From positions 2,190,001 to 2,222,000 of the forward strand of contig NC_020304.1 in the NCBI RefSeq assembly GCF_000341395.1: a stretch of DNA of 32,000 bases. The letters are read 5' to 3'. Of this stretch, positions 8,914 through 17,988 are shown piece after piece. Position numbers and translations under genes: made by a program. The notes beneath the pieces were generated by a model. That model made no database searches and was not told the origin of the DNA. It saw only the letters and a program-made list of their open reading frames with translations. Position 1 is the stretch's first letter. Each line of letters begins with the position of its first letter. Source of the DNA: Desulfocapsa sulfexigens DSM 10523 (GTDB taxonomy: Bacteria; Desulfobacterota; Desulfobulbia; Desulfobulbales; Desulfocapsaceae).

Positions 8914-10278
8914 ATGTCACTCCATTTTAAAATTTCAAAGTACCTGCTTCCTTATCGAATTCTTCAATTTAAGAGAAAGTGGAAGGCCCTGGAGCATAGT
9001 GATCCCGAGTCTGTATCCCGATACCAGTTCGAAAAGATCAGACAGGTCCTTAAACACTGCCAGCGGCATGTTCCCTATTATCGCGAGCTATTTCAAGAAC
9101 ACAATATCCACCCGCAGGATATTCAATGCCTTCAGGATCTTCAGAAAATTCCTGAGTTGTCAAAGGATATCCTGAGGCAACAGCAGGAAAGAATGGTCTC
9201 CGAAAAAGGCTGGCACTTTCTGCGCGAGCAACTTCTCACCAGTGGAACCACCGGGGATAAAATCAGTATATGGGTCAACCCTGTTGCCAGGGCTCAGGAG
9301 TTTGTCCGTTACTGGCTTTTCTTTCAGCGAGGAGGCTATCGTATAGGGAAACCCTTTGCTGAATTCTCCAGCGACTTCTTTATTGATCAAGACGATCCTC
9401 TTCAGGTGCTTTTTCACCGCAATCCGATAACTAATCAACTGCTTTTGAACACTTCATATATTTGCCAAGAGAATGCTCTCCAATATCTGGATTTGATGAG
9501 GAAGAATAAAGTACTCTTTATTAAATCGAGACCATCCTCTCTTTATATTTTTTCCCAGTACCTTCAAGAACAGGGGGCAAGAGATCTGGGATTACAGTGT
9601 GTGTTCACCATAGGTGAGCCTTTGCATGTTCACCAGAGGGAAGTCATAGAGAAAATATTTGGTTGTAACGTGTTAGATTTTTATGGCCATATGGAGCGTG
9701 TGGTAGCCCTGTCTGAATGTACACATGGAAGGATGCATGTAGATGAAGGCTACGGGTTTGTAGAGTTTCAAGAAGTGACCGATGCAGCCTCTGGGAATGA
9801 TGATTGCAAAAAATTCCGTCTTTTGGGAACAACTATGCATAATTGCTTGATGCCATTTATCCGCTATGATACCGGTGATCTGGTTGAACCAGATGACAGC
9901 AAAGTACCATGTCCTTGTGGAAACAGGTCACGGATTGTTAAGCAAATTTATGGGCGCACAGAAGATGTTATTACCAGTCAGGACGGGGTCACTTATCCGG
10001 CACTCTTTCTTGTCTTTAATATGATCAACGGAATAAAGATGGGACAGATTATTCAGGATGATCTGATTTCATTTCGGGTGAATGTTTATCCAGAGCGTGA
10101 ACTATTTGATGCCGTGCAGGAGAAAGAACTCCTGTACCATTTAAGAAAATATCTTGGACAGAATGCGAGTATTTCTATTCATATTGTTGATGTAAGAGGG
10201 TTTGAATACGGTAGTTCAGGAAAATTCCGATCTGTTATTTCCTTTGTCAGGAACTCCTGGGCATGTCCGACTGACTGA
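8914..10278 (+). CDS. PaaK/CapK/F390-synthetase-like adenylate-forming enzyme
   Basis: 454-aa ORF. The phosphate-binding loop LLTSGTTGDKISIW resembles the SSGTTGKP loop of phenylacetate-CoA ligase-type enzymes. Further family features are YGHMER and IRYDTGD. The substrate cannot be told from sequence. Confidence 0.75.
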   Translation: MSLHFKISKYLLPYRILQFKRKWKALEHSDPESVSRYQFEKIRQVLKHCQRHVPYYRELFQEHNIHPQDIQCLQDLQKIPELSKDILRQQQERMVSEKGWHFLREQLLTSGTTGDKISIWVNPVARAQEFVRYWLFFQRGGYRIGKPFAEFSSDFFIDQDDPLQVLFHRNPITNQLLLNTSYICQENALQYLDLMRKNKVLFIKSRPSSLYIFSQYLQEQGARDLGLQCVFTIGEPLHVHQREVIEKIFGCNVLDFYGHMERVVALSECTHGRMHVDEGYGFVEFQEVTDAASGNDDCKKFRLLGTTMHNCLMPFIRYDTGDLVEPDDSKVPCPCGNRSRIVKQIYGRTEDVITSQDGVTYPALFLVFNMINGIKMGQIIQDDLISFRVNVYPERELFDAVQEKELLYHLRKYLGQNASISIHIVDVRGFEYGSSGKFRSVISFVRNSWACPTD

Positions 10279-10417
10279 TTTTAGCAGGGTGACATGGCTT
10301 TTACAGTAAATGGTAAATGATTCTTGTATGTCATGAGGATATGTTGTAGTTTTTTTTAATAGTATGCAAAATTAGTGATTTATCTGTGGTTTTACTATTC
10401 TTTAAGGAGGGATGTTC

Positions 10418-11806
10418 ATGAAAGTTCTACTGGTGCAGCATGCGAGTAATAATGGTCTTACGTCATTTCCCATTGGCCTCGGATGTGTTGCCGCTGTACT
10501 TCTGGAAGCGGGGCATCAGGTCGACTTTATAGATTTGGGTCTGGAGGACAAACCTGTCCAGGCGCTTGAGGCACGTATTGGTGAATTTCATGCTGAAGCC
10601 CTCGGTTTTACCCACTGGACAACCAATTACACCGAATATGTTAACCTGATAAAAGAGTGTCCTTCTGCCAGAAAGCTGCCAAAAATTGCGGGGGGGCCAC
10701 ATGCCTGCGCCGTTGCTGAACAGATTTTAAGAGAAGGCTATGTGGATGTCGTTGTTCTCTGTGAAGGTGAATTGATTGCGGACAACCTCTTTTCAACTCT
10801 TGAAAACCATGGGGATCTGAATACCGTAAAGGGGATTGCCTATCTTGATGGCGATCGATTTGTGCAAACTGAGGATGCGGGGCTTATCGACGACCTTGAT
10901 AAGTATCCTTCTCCTCCCTATGAATTGATGAACATCAAAAGTTATTTTGGTCGATTAAAAGGACGGCCATCGGTTGAGTTGATGGTTTCACGAGGGTGTC
11001 CTTTTAATTGCGCATTTTGCTATAGGGGTCCAAGCAGTGGTACAAAAATGCGACGTATGACAACTGATCGGGTCATGGAGGAGTTATCCATAATGAGAGA
11101 ACAATATGGTTTCAGTTCCTTTTTCTTTGTAGATGACACCTTTACTCTGAACCGGGAGTGGGCAATTGATTTTTGCCAGAAAGTCATAGCATCTGGGAAA
11201 AAAATTGCGTGGGCCTGTCAGACACGGGTTGATCGGGTTGATCGTGAACTGCTGACTCTGATGAAAAAATCAGGCTGTGTCTGTGTTCATTTTGGTGTGG
11301 AGTCAGGAAATCAGGAGATTATTAGCCATTTGATGAAAAAGATCACCAAGGATCAGGTGCGTAAGGCCCATGCTGAATGTCAAAGACTCCGTCTTTCCAC
11401 AATCACTTACTTTTTGATAGGTACACCCTGGGAGACCGAGGCGACTGTTCGTGAGACCATTGAGTTTGCTAAGGAACTGAAGCCAACGATAGCTCTATTT
11501 TTTGCAGCAACACCCTATCCCGGTTGTCCAATGCGTGATGTCTATATTGAAAAGGGTATGCCAGTCCCTGAGAGTTGTGATGAGTATGGTAGATTTTGGG
11601 TTGAAGATGCGCCGAAGGACAGTGAAAAGCAGGTGAAACGAGCTGGAAATCTGGATAGTTATCAACTCTGTCTGGATGCCACCAAGGAAATCGTTAGAGC
11701 CCAGGTGCGTGATGTGGGTTCCTATCCACGTTTGATTTCTGAGTTTATTGATCAGTATGGATTTGTCGATTTTGTTAAGAATGCTGCGGCCCGGCTTCGC
11801 CTTTAA
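10418..11806 (+). CDS. B12-binding-domain radical SAM enzyme
   Basis: The track start is 10412. The ATG at 10418 has better spacing to AAGGAGG. The N-terminal flavodoxin-like B12-binding segment reads KVLLVQH...FPIGLGCVAAVLLEAGHQVDFIDL. The radical SAM cluster motif CPFNCAFC lies at 10997-11020. Confidence 0.85.
   Translation: MKVLLVQHASNNGLTSFPIGLGCVAAVLLEAGHQVDFIDLGLEDKPVQALEARIGEFHAEALGFTHWTTNYTEYVNLIKECPSARKLPKIAGGPHACAVAEQILREGYVDVVVLCEGELIADNLFSTLENHGDLNTVKGIAYLDGDRFVQTEDAGLIDDLDKYPSPPYELMNIKSYFGRLKGRPSVELMVSRGCPFNCAFCYRGPSSGTKMRRMTTDRVMEELSIMREQYGFSSFFFVDDTFTLNREWAIDFCQKVIASGKKIAWACQTRVDRVDRELLTLMKKSGCVCVHFGVESGNQEIISHLMKKITKDQVRKAHAECQRLRLSTITYFLIGTPWETEATVRETIEFAKELKPTIALFFAATPYPGCPMRDVYIEKGMPVPESCDEYGRFWVEDAPKDSEKQVKRAGNLDSYQLCLDATKEIVRAQVRDVGSYPRLISEFIDQYGFVDFVKNAAARLRL
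11225..11242 (+). repeat. in-frame 9-bp tandem duplication (CGGGTTGAT x2) inside the radical SAM gene
   Basis: Read directly from the sequence. It encodes RVD-RVD within QTRVDRVDRELL. Confidence 0.9.
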
Positions 11807-11826
11807 AATAGAATTAAGGTTGGGAG

Positions 11827-13098
11827 CTATCTTGTTTTTTTTTGTATTGTAGATTCGTCTGTCTGTTTGATGAGATTTTCTGCGATTACTTGAGCAATAA
11901 TTTTGTTCCCCACTGCTGAATAGTGGCCGCCCTCCATATATAGATTGAAGAGTGATCCTTTCTTGGATTGTTCTGCCAATGTTTGAAGAGGTTTATACAC
12001 TAAATGGTTTTTCTCTATTTCTGACAGCAAGCCACTATACTTAGGCTCCATGGTGAACCGCTTTTTAATGACATCGATTACGTTAGGAATATGGACCACA
12101 ATAAACTGACTTCCATATTGTTCTATCTCAGACTGAAAAGTATCAAGGAGGCTCATCGCCAATTGGGCAGGTTCGTAGCTTAGATTATAGAAGAATGAAT
12201 TTTCTTCAACCGGAAAGAATAGTTCCGTTAACATTGCGATGAGTTTGCTTTTGTAAATAATATGTTCTTCGTAATTTCCAATTGTTAAAAATTGTTCATA
12301 TTGGGCAAGATCCCATTCTGTTAGTGGATTCCTCAGGATATTCATAATCTCTTCAGGAGGAAGGGTAGGGACATTGAGAAGTTGGAGTGAATTATTCTGT
12401 AAAATGTATCTTGGCTTTGAAAATGGAAGGCCACTGGCTGGCATATAAATCGATCTGATAATATTAACATTTCGTTGGATATCCTCAAACTGTAGACCGA
12501 GGAGAACTATATCTGCCGATAGAGTGCGGCCGGAATGTCGCCAACGTAAAAGAGCTTGATCTATTCCGTACCCACCCACCGCAAGATTTATGACTTCAGC
12601 GGGAATGCCCGCAGTGTTTAATAGTTGTTCCAGATAGTATCCGAAAGTATTTTGGAAGGGAACTTCATCACCGTGGCTGTAGGAATCGCCTATTATCAGA
12701 ATACGCAGGATATCCTGAGGTTTTGCGGTTTTGTATTCAATCGGGTTCTTGTCGTCGACCCTCGCTCCTAAAGAATTGTAGCAGTATTGGCCGTTTGCGG
12801 AAATATTTGAAACTCTGGGCGTCCAGCCAAGGTATTCATCGTAAACTACCCTTGAATGAGATGTGTTGCTATAGTCCTGAGCGTGATGCGCAAAAGTGTT
12901 TATTGCCAGGTGATATGGTTTGAGTACTCTGCCAAGAATTCTGTAGTTACCATCTGAGTCTACCTGGCAATAATAACGAACAGTAATTTCAAGAATCAGC
13001 AAACAAAGAGTTAGTACTCCAACAAACAGTAACCCTTTTTGGATATACGTCTTCGCTTTACCATGATGTCGGTCCGATTCTCTTGAGAATAGCTGCAT
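11827..13098 (-). CDS. membrane-anchored SGNH/GDSL-family hydrolase or acyl-esterase
   Basis: 423-aa ORF with AAGGAG 5 nt upstream of the ATG. It has an N-terminal TM anchor (GLLFVGVLTLCLLILEI). Block I is ILIIGDSYSHGDE, a Gly block is VGGYGIDQ, and the C-terminal block is GGHYSAVGNKIIAQVIA. Confidence 0.6.
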   Translation of the reverse strand: MQLFSRESDRHHGKAKTYIQKGLLFVGVLTLCLLILEITVRYYCQVDSDGNYRILGRVLKPYHLAINTFAHHAQDYSNTSHSRVVYDEYLGWTPRVSNISANGQYCYNSLGARVDDKNPIEYKTAKPQDILRILIIGDSYSHGDEVPFQNTFGYYLEQLLNTAGIPAEVINLAVGGYGIDQALLRWRHSGRTLSADIVLLGLQFEDIQRNVNIIRSIYMPASGLPFSKPRYILQNNSLQLLNVPTLPPEEIMNILRNPLTEWDLAQYEQFLTIGNYEEHIIYKSKLIAMLTELFFPVEENSFFYNLSYEPAQLAMSLLDTFQSEIEQYGSQFIVVHIPNVIDVIKKRFTMEPKYSGLLSEIEKNHLVYKPLQTLAEQSKKGSLFNLYMEGGHYSAVGNKIIAQVIAENLIKQTDESTIQKKTR

Positions 13099-13134
13099 GT
13101 CACTCCTTACTTCCCTTTTTAATGGGTAAAAGTC

Positions 13135-14565
13135 TCAGTCTACCACCACATAGTTTGAGAACTCATTACAGAATTCCTCCCATTTGTCCACATCCCATTG
13201 TCCGTTTATGCCCAAACAGTGTGCGGCCCTGTCTGCCATCATCATGGTGTGGTGAATATTGTCATGGGTAAAAAGCCCCTGACGTCCCAGGCTGATCAGG
13301 GTTGGGATTTTTGAAAGGTATTGTTCGATAACCCTGAGTTTCTTTGAATATCCAATGGTGTAAACGGGATAGACGTTTGTCTGACGTTTACTGAAAACTT
13401 TTACGAGATTTTTAGCGGGAATGGCACCTTTTTTCATATCTGCCAGAACCAGACGTTTGAGTTTTTCGTCATCAGCCAACCAGATCTCATCATCGTGTTG
13501 ACAGGGAATCTCACAACAGATAATAGTTTTACCCCTAGGAGTGAGGGTGCCGTTATAGTTTTTTCCCTCTGATATTCGAGAAAAAATATAATCTGTCTCG
13601 GGGAAATAGTGGGCATCAACAACCTGCCACTGGTCACATTCCATAAGCAGATAAAAGAACACCATATTTCTATGTGTTAAGGATTCGGCAGCAGTGAGAG
13701 CCGGACAGCTTCGTTTTGAAGCAAGGAGAGAGACTATTCGGGTAACAGGGATGGTTGAGAAAATAAAGTCGGCCTTGAGTTGCTTGTGCACATCATTGTG
13801 TTTTTTGACAGAGATGGAAAAACCCCGGCTCTTTTCCATCGTTATTCCAGTGACTGTTGTGTCATATATTATCTGCCCATCCATGTCTGTCACTTTTGCA
13901 GCAAGCTTTTCGGAAATCTGCCCAATACCTTCCTCAGGGTAGTAGAAAACATTGGCTTCACTGGAGTTCACCCCGGGTAGAAAACTGAGCATTTTTTTCA
14001 CTATTTTACTGACAGTCCCAGCGGAAACTCTTTTTCTTGCCTGTTCTACATCTATCTGATCGGGTGGACACCCCCATAACTTTTTGGCATAAGGGAAATA
14101 AAATTTTTCACAGATAGTTGGACCAAGGCCATGAAGAAGTTGATCGGCAAAACTTAGAGCTGGCCCTGAAGGTCTGAATGGTTTCTTCAGAATATCCCTG
14201 AAGATTCCAAAGATAAAGGAAACCGGAAGATGAACTAAACAATCCAGTGGCTGGAGGGGGAATTTAAGATAGTGCCCCTGTAGTCGAATTCTGCCGTTTC
14301 GTACTCTTTTTAACAGGGATGGGCCGATAATATTTTTTATATCATTAAGAATATGCTCTGGAGTTGATGGGTGGAGGCGATGGCTGCCATAATCCAGCCA
14401 TATTCCTTCTTGTTGAAACGAAGCAGCAATGCCTCCAGGATGATTCCGTTTCTCAATGATAATTAACTCAATATTGAGCTCTGCGCGCTGCAGCAGTTTG
14501 AAGGCCAGCATCAGCCCTGCTGGTCCGGCACCCAATATGATGATTGTTTGTTTTTCTGAAGACAT
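13135..14565 (-). CDS. FAD-dependent oxidoreductase (amine-oxidase / protoporphyrinogen-oxidase / UGM-like Rossmann class)
   Basis: 476-aa ORF with the dinucleotide-binding motif IIILGAGPAGLMLAFKL...IIIEKRNHPGGIA at the N-terminus. The substrate is not inferable. Confidence 0.8.
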   Translation of the reverse strand: MSSEKQTIIILGAGPAGLMLAFKLLQRAELNIELIIIEKRNHPGGIAASFQQEGIWLDYGSHRLHPSTPEHILNDIKNIIGPSLLKRVRNGRIRLQGHYLKFPLQPLDCLVHLPVSFIFGIFRDILKKPFRPSGPALSFADQLLHGLGPTICEKFYFPYAKKLWGCPPDQIDVEQARKRVSAGTVSKIVKKMLSFLPGVNSSEANVFYYPEEGIGQISEKLAAKVTDMDGQIIYDTTVTGITMEKSRGFSISVKKHNDVHKQLKADFIFSTIPVTRIVSLLASKRSCPALTAAESLTHRNMVFFYLLMECDQWQVVDAHYFPETDYIFSRISEGKNYNGTLTPRGKTIICCEIPCQHDDEIWLADDEKLKRLVLADMKKGAIPAKNLVKVFSKRQTNVYPVYTIGYSKKLRVIEQYLSKIPTLISLGRQGLFTHDNIHHTMMMADRAAHCLGINGQWDVDKWEEFCNEFSNYVVVD

Positions 14566-14611
14566 CGATACGTAATGGCTCTTTTGTTAGAGGTAGCTAT
14601 ACTTGTAGAGG

Positions 14612-15586
14612 TTATGGAGTAGTTTCGTCGGGAGGCTCTTCCTCAACGTGATCTGCAGTTTCTCCCCAGACCTGTTGTTCAATTTTTCTGGAAAGTCCAT
14701 CGGACATCATGCCAATGAGTAGAATCTGTATTCCTGTTAAAAACAGAAGCAGGCTCGATGTGGAGAGAGTGGTGTGGATAAAAATTGAATACTCCTGCCA
14801 TCCGACGCGCCGTATTGCAAAGAAAATGTCAAAGAATGTTTTGACACCACTGAAGAAAAAGAACGTGAAGGCAAGAGGAATAAAAACCTTGAGAGGATTA
14901 AAAAGCATGGATAATCGAAGGATCAGGGCGATAAAATTTATAAAATCCCAGGGTACAATTTTGGATTTCCCTTTCCGGGGCAGATAGTCAATAGTGAAGT
15001 TAGTAATCCTGTAATTGTTGCAGAGCATGGCCAATGTTTGAGTAGTTGTGAAAGAAAATTGATCCGATAGTATTTTAAAGAAAGGCATGACCGATTCTTT
15101 TTTGAAGACACGAAGTCCAGAATTAACATCTGCAATTGGTTGGCCGGCAATATACTGGGCCAGGTGGGATATTACCCATTTGGCTGGCCTACGAAGCAGA
15201 GGGATGTGAACCTTGTCACTGTTTCTGGTACCAATGACCAGACTTACCCGTTGCCGATGCAGAATTCGCACCATTTCCGGCAGTGCCTCACAGGGATAAG
15301 TCCTGTCGGCATCAATAATGGCAATGGTATTATAGATACTTGCAAGTATCCCGCTCTTAAGAGAGGCCCCGTAGCCTCTGTTTCTGTCATGTTTTATTAC
15401 TCTTGCTGGTGTCGATTTTGCCAGATGCAGCGTGTTGTCAGTGGATCCATCATCAACGACGAGGATTTCGAATTGGAAATCAGTATCTTCAAGAATCTGG
15501 AAAAGTTCCTGTACCGTATCGCAAATACTTAACTCTTCGTTGTAAGCAGGAATAATAACTGTAACAGCATGAGGGGGGGTAGACAT
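14612..15586 (-). CDS. family-2 glycosyltransferase, polyprenyl-phosphate sugar synthase type (GtrB/ArnC/DPM1-like)
   Basis: 324-aa ORF. It has VIIPAYNEE, VVDDGSTDNT and IIDADRTY (DxD). Two C-terminal TM helices are typical of the GtrB/ArnC subgroup. Confidence 0.85.
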   Translation of the reverse strand: MSTPPHAVTVIIPAYNEELSICDTVQELFQILEDTDFQFEILVVDDGSTDNTLHLAKSTPARVIKHDRNRGYGASLKSGILASIYNTIAIIDADRTYPCEALPEMVRILHRQRVSLVIGTRNSDKVHIPLLRRPAKWVISHLAQYIAGQPIADVNSGLRVFKKESVMPFFKILSDQFSFTTTQTLAMLCNNYRITNFTIDYLPRKGKSKIVPWDFINFIALILRLSMLFNPLKVFIPLAFTFFFFSGVKTFFDIFFAIRRVGWQEYSIFIHTTLSTSSLLLFLTGIQILLIGMMSDGLSRKIEQQVWGETADHVEEEPPDETTP

Positions 15587-15869
15587 GGATGCGAAGTCCT
15601 ATTGTTTTGGAATGATTGTCAGGTGAATTGAGTAGTGAGGATACTTATCAAGTTCAATCATAAACCGATTTATAGCCGCTTTCCAAGTTTCTTATTGAAA
15701 TCACCATCTTTTTGCGGCAGATTGTTTGTTTCACTTGCAATTTAACTATAATTGCTATGTTTCCGGAGAGGGATACTCTTGAAAAAAGTTGAACTTTACT
15801 GGTCATCACTTTGCTGCTTGAGCATAATTGTAGTGAGACTTTACCCTGGTATGATATTTAAGGACGAGC

Positions 15870-16922
15870 ATGACAAATCGAGTAGTGCATGTGGATATTG
15901 CAAAAGGAATTTCCATCATATTAGTAGCGCTATTTCATAGTAAAATATATCCTTTTGCACCAGATTGCATGAATGCAATGGGGCTTTTTAGAATGCCTCT
16001 CTTCTTTTTTCTGTCGGGAGTGTTTTTTAATGCATCAATGGGTGCGAATGTTTTTTTGTGGAAGAAGTCGGATGCGTTGCTTAAACCATATTTTGCTACA
16101 TTATTAGTTGTTTTTGTTTTTGCAGTTCTCCACAGAGAGGAACATTTGATCAGACAGTTAATCGGTATCTTTTACGGTAATGGGGTAACCATACCGCCAA
16201 GATGGGTGCCAATGTGGTTCTTAACACATCTTTTTTTAATATATGCTTTCACCTATTTTATTTTCCGCATTACAAATGTTCAGAGTAAAAACGTATTTTT
16301 TAAATACATTCTTATCCTTATTCTTATGGTGATTGGAACCCAATGGATTGATGTCTTCTGGAATTTAGAGATAACCTTATTTGGTACGGAGATTATAATG
16401 CCAGGTTTGCCCTTTGGCATTGATATTGTTTTAGTAAGCGCTTCATTTTTTATTTCAGGGGCTTTTTTGAGAGAGAAAGTTATCCATTTTATCCCAAATG
16501 TATACCTTTTAATATGCTCAGTCCTAATGTTTTTACTGGTTACAATGTTTACAGATGCACACATGGACCTGAATAGAAGAGTGTATAGCAATCCTTTCTT
16601 TACCACAGCTGGCTCGATGGCTGGCATTTATGCTGTGATATGCATTGCCTACTATCTTAGTAAGACAAAAAAAATTCGGAATATTTTTCTAACTTTTGGT
16701 CAGGCAAGTCTATTTGTTCTTATATTTCATGTGTTTATTGGTAGTAATGTGTATGGGTATTTGATGGGCCTGGAGACAGAAAGTCGTGAAATGTTGTTTG
16801 CTGTTTTTGCATTTATAATCAGTATATCTGTGCCCCTCCTTATTAAATATTTTGTGTTAAAAAATAGAATAGTATCATTTTTTTATTGTCCGGTGAAAAT
16901 TAAGAATACAACCAGGATGTAA
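15870..16922 (+). CDS. acyltransferase-3 family integral membrane O-acyltransferase
   Basis: 350-aa ORF with about 10 TM segments. The N-terminal signature is VHVDIAKGISIILVALFHS (the family's R/H..D..KG..I..V...H pattern). Confidence 0.8.
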   Translation: MTNRVVHVDIAKGISIILVALFHSKIYPFAPDCMNAMGLFRMPLFFFLSGVFFNASMGANVFLWKKSDALLKPYFATLLVVFVFAVLHREEHLIRQLIGIFYGNGVTIPPRWVPMWFLTHLFLIYAFTYFIFRITNVQSKNVFFKYILILILMVIGTQWIDVFWNLEITLFGTEIIMPGLPFGIDIVLVSASFFISGAFLREKVIHFIPNVYLLICSVLMFLLVTMFTDAHMDLNRRVYSNPFFTTAGSMAGIYAVICIAYYLSKTKKIRNIFLTFGQASLFVLIFHVFIGSNVYGYLMGLETESREMLFAVFAFIISISVPLLIKYFVLKNRIVSFFYCPVKIKNTTRM

Positions 16923-17790
16923 TTATAGAAATTTTCCGTATTATACGTCCTAGGCAGTGGACTAAGAATGTGCTCATCTTTGTACCACTTTTTTTTAGTA
17001 AAAATATTTTTAATACCAGTCTTGTTTTACATGCACTCTTCGCAGCGATAATTTTTTTCTCTGGCAAGTAGTGCTGCATATATTTTTAATGACATCTTAG
17101 ATCGACATGCAGATGTAAATCATAGGAAAAAATGTACTCGCCCTATAGCGGCCGGGACATTAGATATTCGTACGGCTTCCATTCTCTGTGTACTTCTCAT
17201 CGTTTTTTCCTTGTACTTGGCATATCTCCTGAACACAGCATTTTTCCTATTAATATTTGGCTATTTTCTGTTGAATGGTGCCTATTCATTATTTTTAAAA
17301 AAAATACCTGTTTTGGATGTTTGTATTTTGGTGTCTTTTTTTCTGTCCCGATTGTTTGCCGGTTCAGTTGTTACTGGTATTATATTGTCAACGTGGCTTA
17401 TCTTTGTGGCCAGCCTGGTCGCCTTGTTTCTTGGGTTTTGTAAACGTCGTCAAGACCTGCTTCTGTGCTTTACAGAGGAACAGGGGGAGCCTTATGTGCG
17501 AAAATATTCCCCGGGCTTTCTGAATGGGGTGATTTTTGCCATAGCGCCAGTTATCATGGGCAGTTATCCATAGTTACACTATGGATTACAGGACGGTTGC
17601 CCACACAGGATCGTATGGACCTATGGCATCTGTGCCATTTGTTTGTTACGGAGTTTTCAGGTACCTGCAATTACTGTATGGAAAAAGCCCGGAAAGTGAT
17701 GTGTTGCTGGTGATATCTTGTGACAGGCGTTTGCAAATCAATATTACTTTGTATACTCTGATTTGTTTTGCAGTGCTATATTTGAGATAA
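16922..17790 (+). pseudogene. UbiA-family prenyltransferase, decaprenyl-phosphate phosphoribosyltransferase-like, disrupted
   Basis: Family-typical sequence is split over three frames. Frame 2 reads ..IIRPRQWTKNVLIFVPLFF..ALFAAIIFF and stops at 17069. Frame 0 reads LASSAAYIFNDILDRHADVNHRKKCTRPIAAG... and stops at 17571. Frame 1 reads ..SVPFVCYGVFRYLQLLYGKSPESDVLL..DRRLQ.. and ends at 17790. The first shift lies in the T7 run at 17052-17058. There is no ATG, GTG or TTG between the frame-2 stop at 16901 and the RPRQW motif. Confidence 0.7.
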
Positions 17791-17988
17791 AAACGACATG
17801 TTATCCGTCAAACGTCAAAAACATCCTTAAACTCTATTCTGTTATAGTAAAACCAGATATAATAAAAAAATATTGGTATTCTAATCTGTTGTATGGATAC
17901 GGTAACTTTCTGAGTATCTCTCTGTTAGAAGACTTTTGTTGTCCATGTTCTACAAATAAAGAATACATAATCGCAGGGTGGTGAAACT

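Noticed and set aside
10294-10359. two 8-codon mini-ORFs (MAFTVNGK, MRICCSFF) in the 139-nt gap upstream of the B12 radical SAM gene, considered as RiPP precursors
   Set aside because: They are too short, lack convincing ribosome-binding sites and have no leader/core architecture. Such mini-ORFs are expected by chance in AT-rich intergenic DNA.
15587-15869. sigma-70 promoter calls in the divergent GT2 / acyltransferase-3 intergenic region (perfect TATAAT at 15747-15752; TGgTATGAT at 15847-15855)
   Set aside because: No -35 element lies at a proper 16-18-nt spacing from the TATAAT (the candidates are at 15 or 19 nt). The region is AT-rich, so -10-like hexamers are expected by chance. A promoter probably exists here but I cannot place it.
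16922-17790. programmed ribosomal frameshifting as an explanation for the split UbiA-family gene
   Set aside because: It would need two independent +1 events and a missing start codon. There is no slippery-site or stimulator architecture beyond a simple T7 run. Decay or sequencing indels are more parsimonious.
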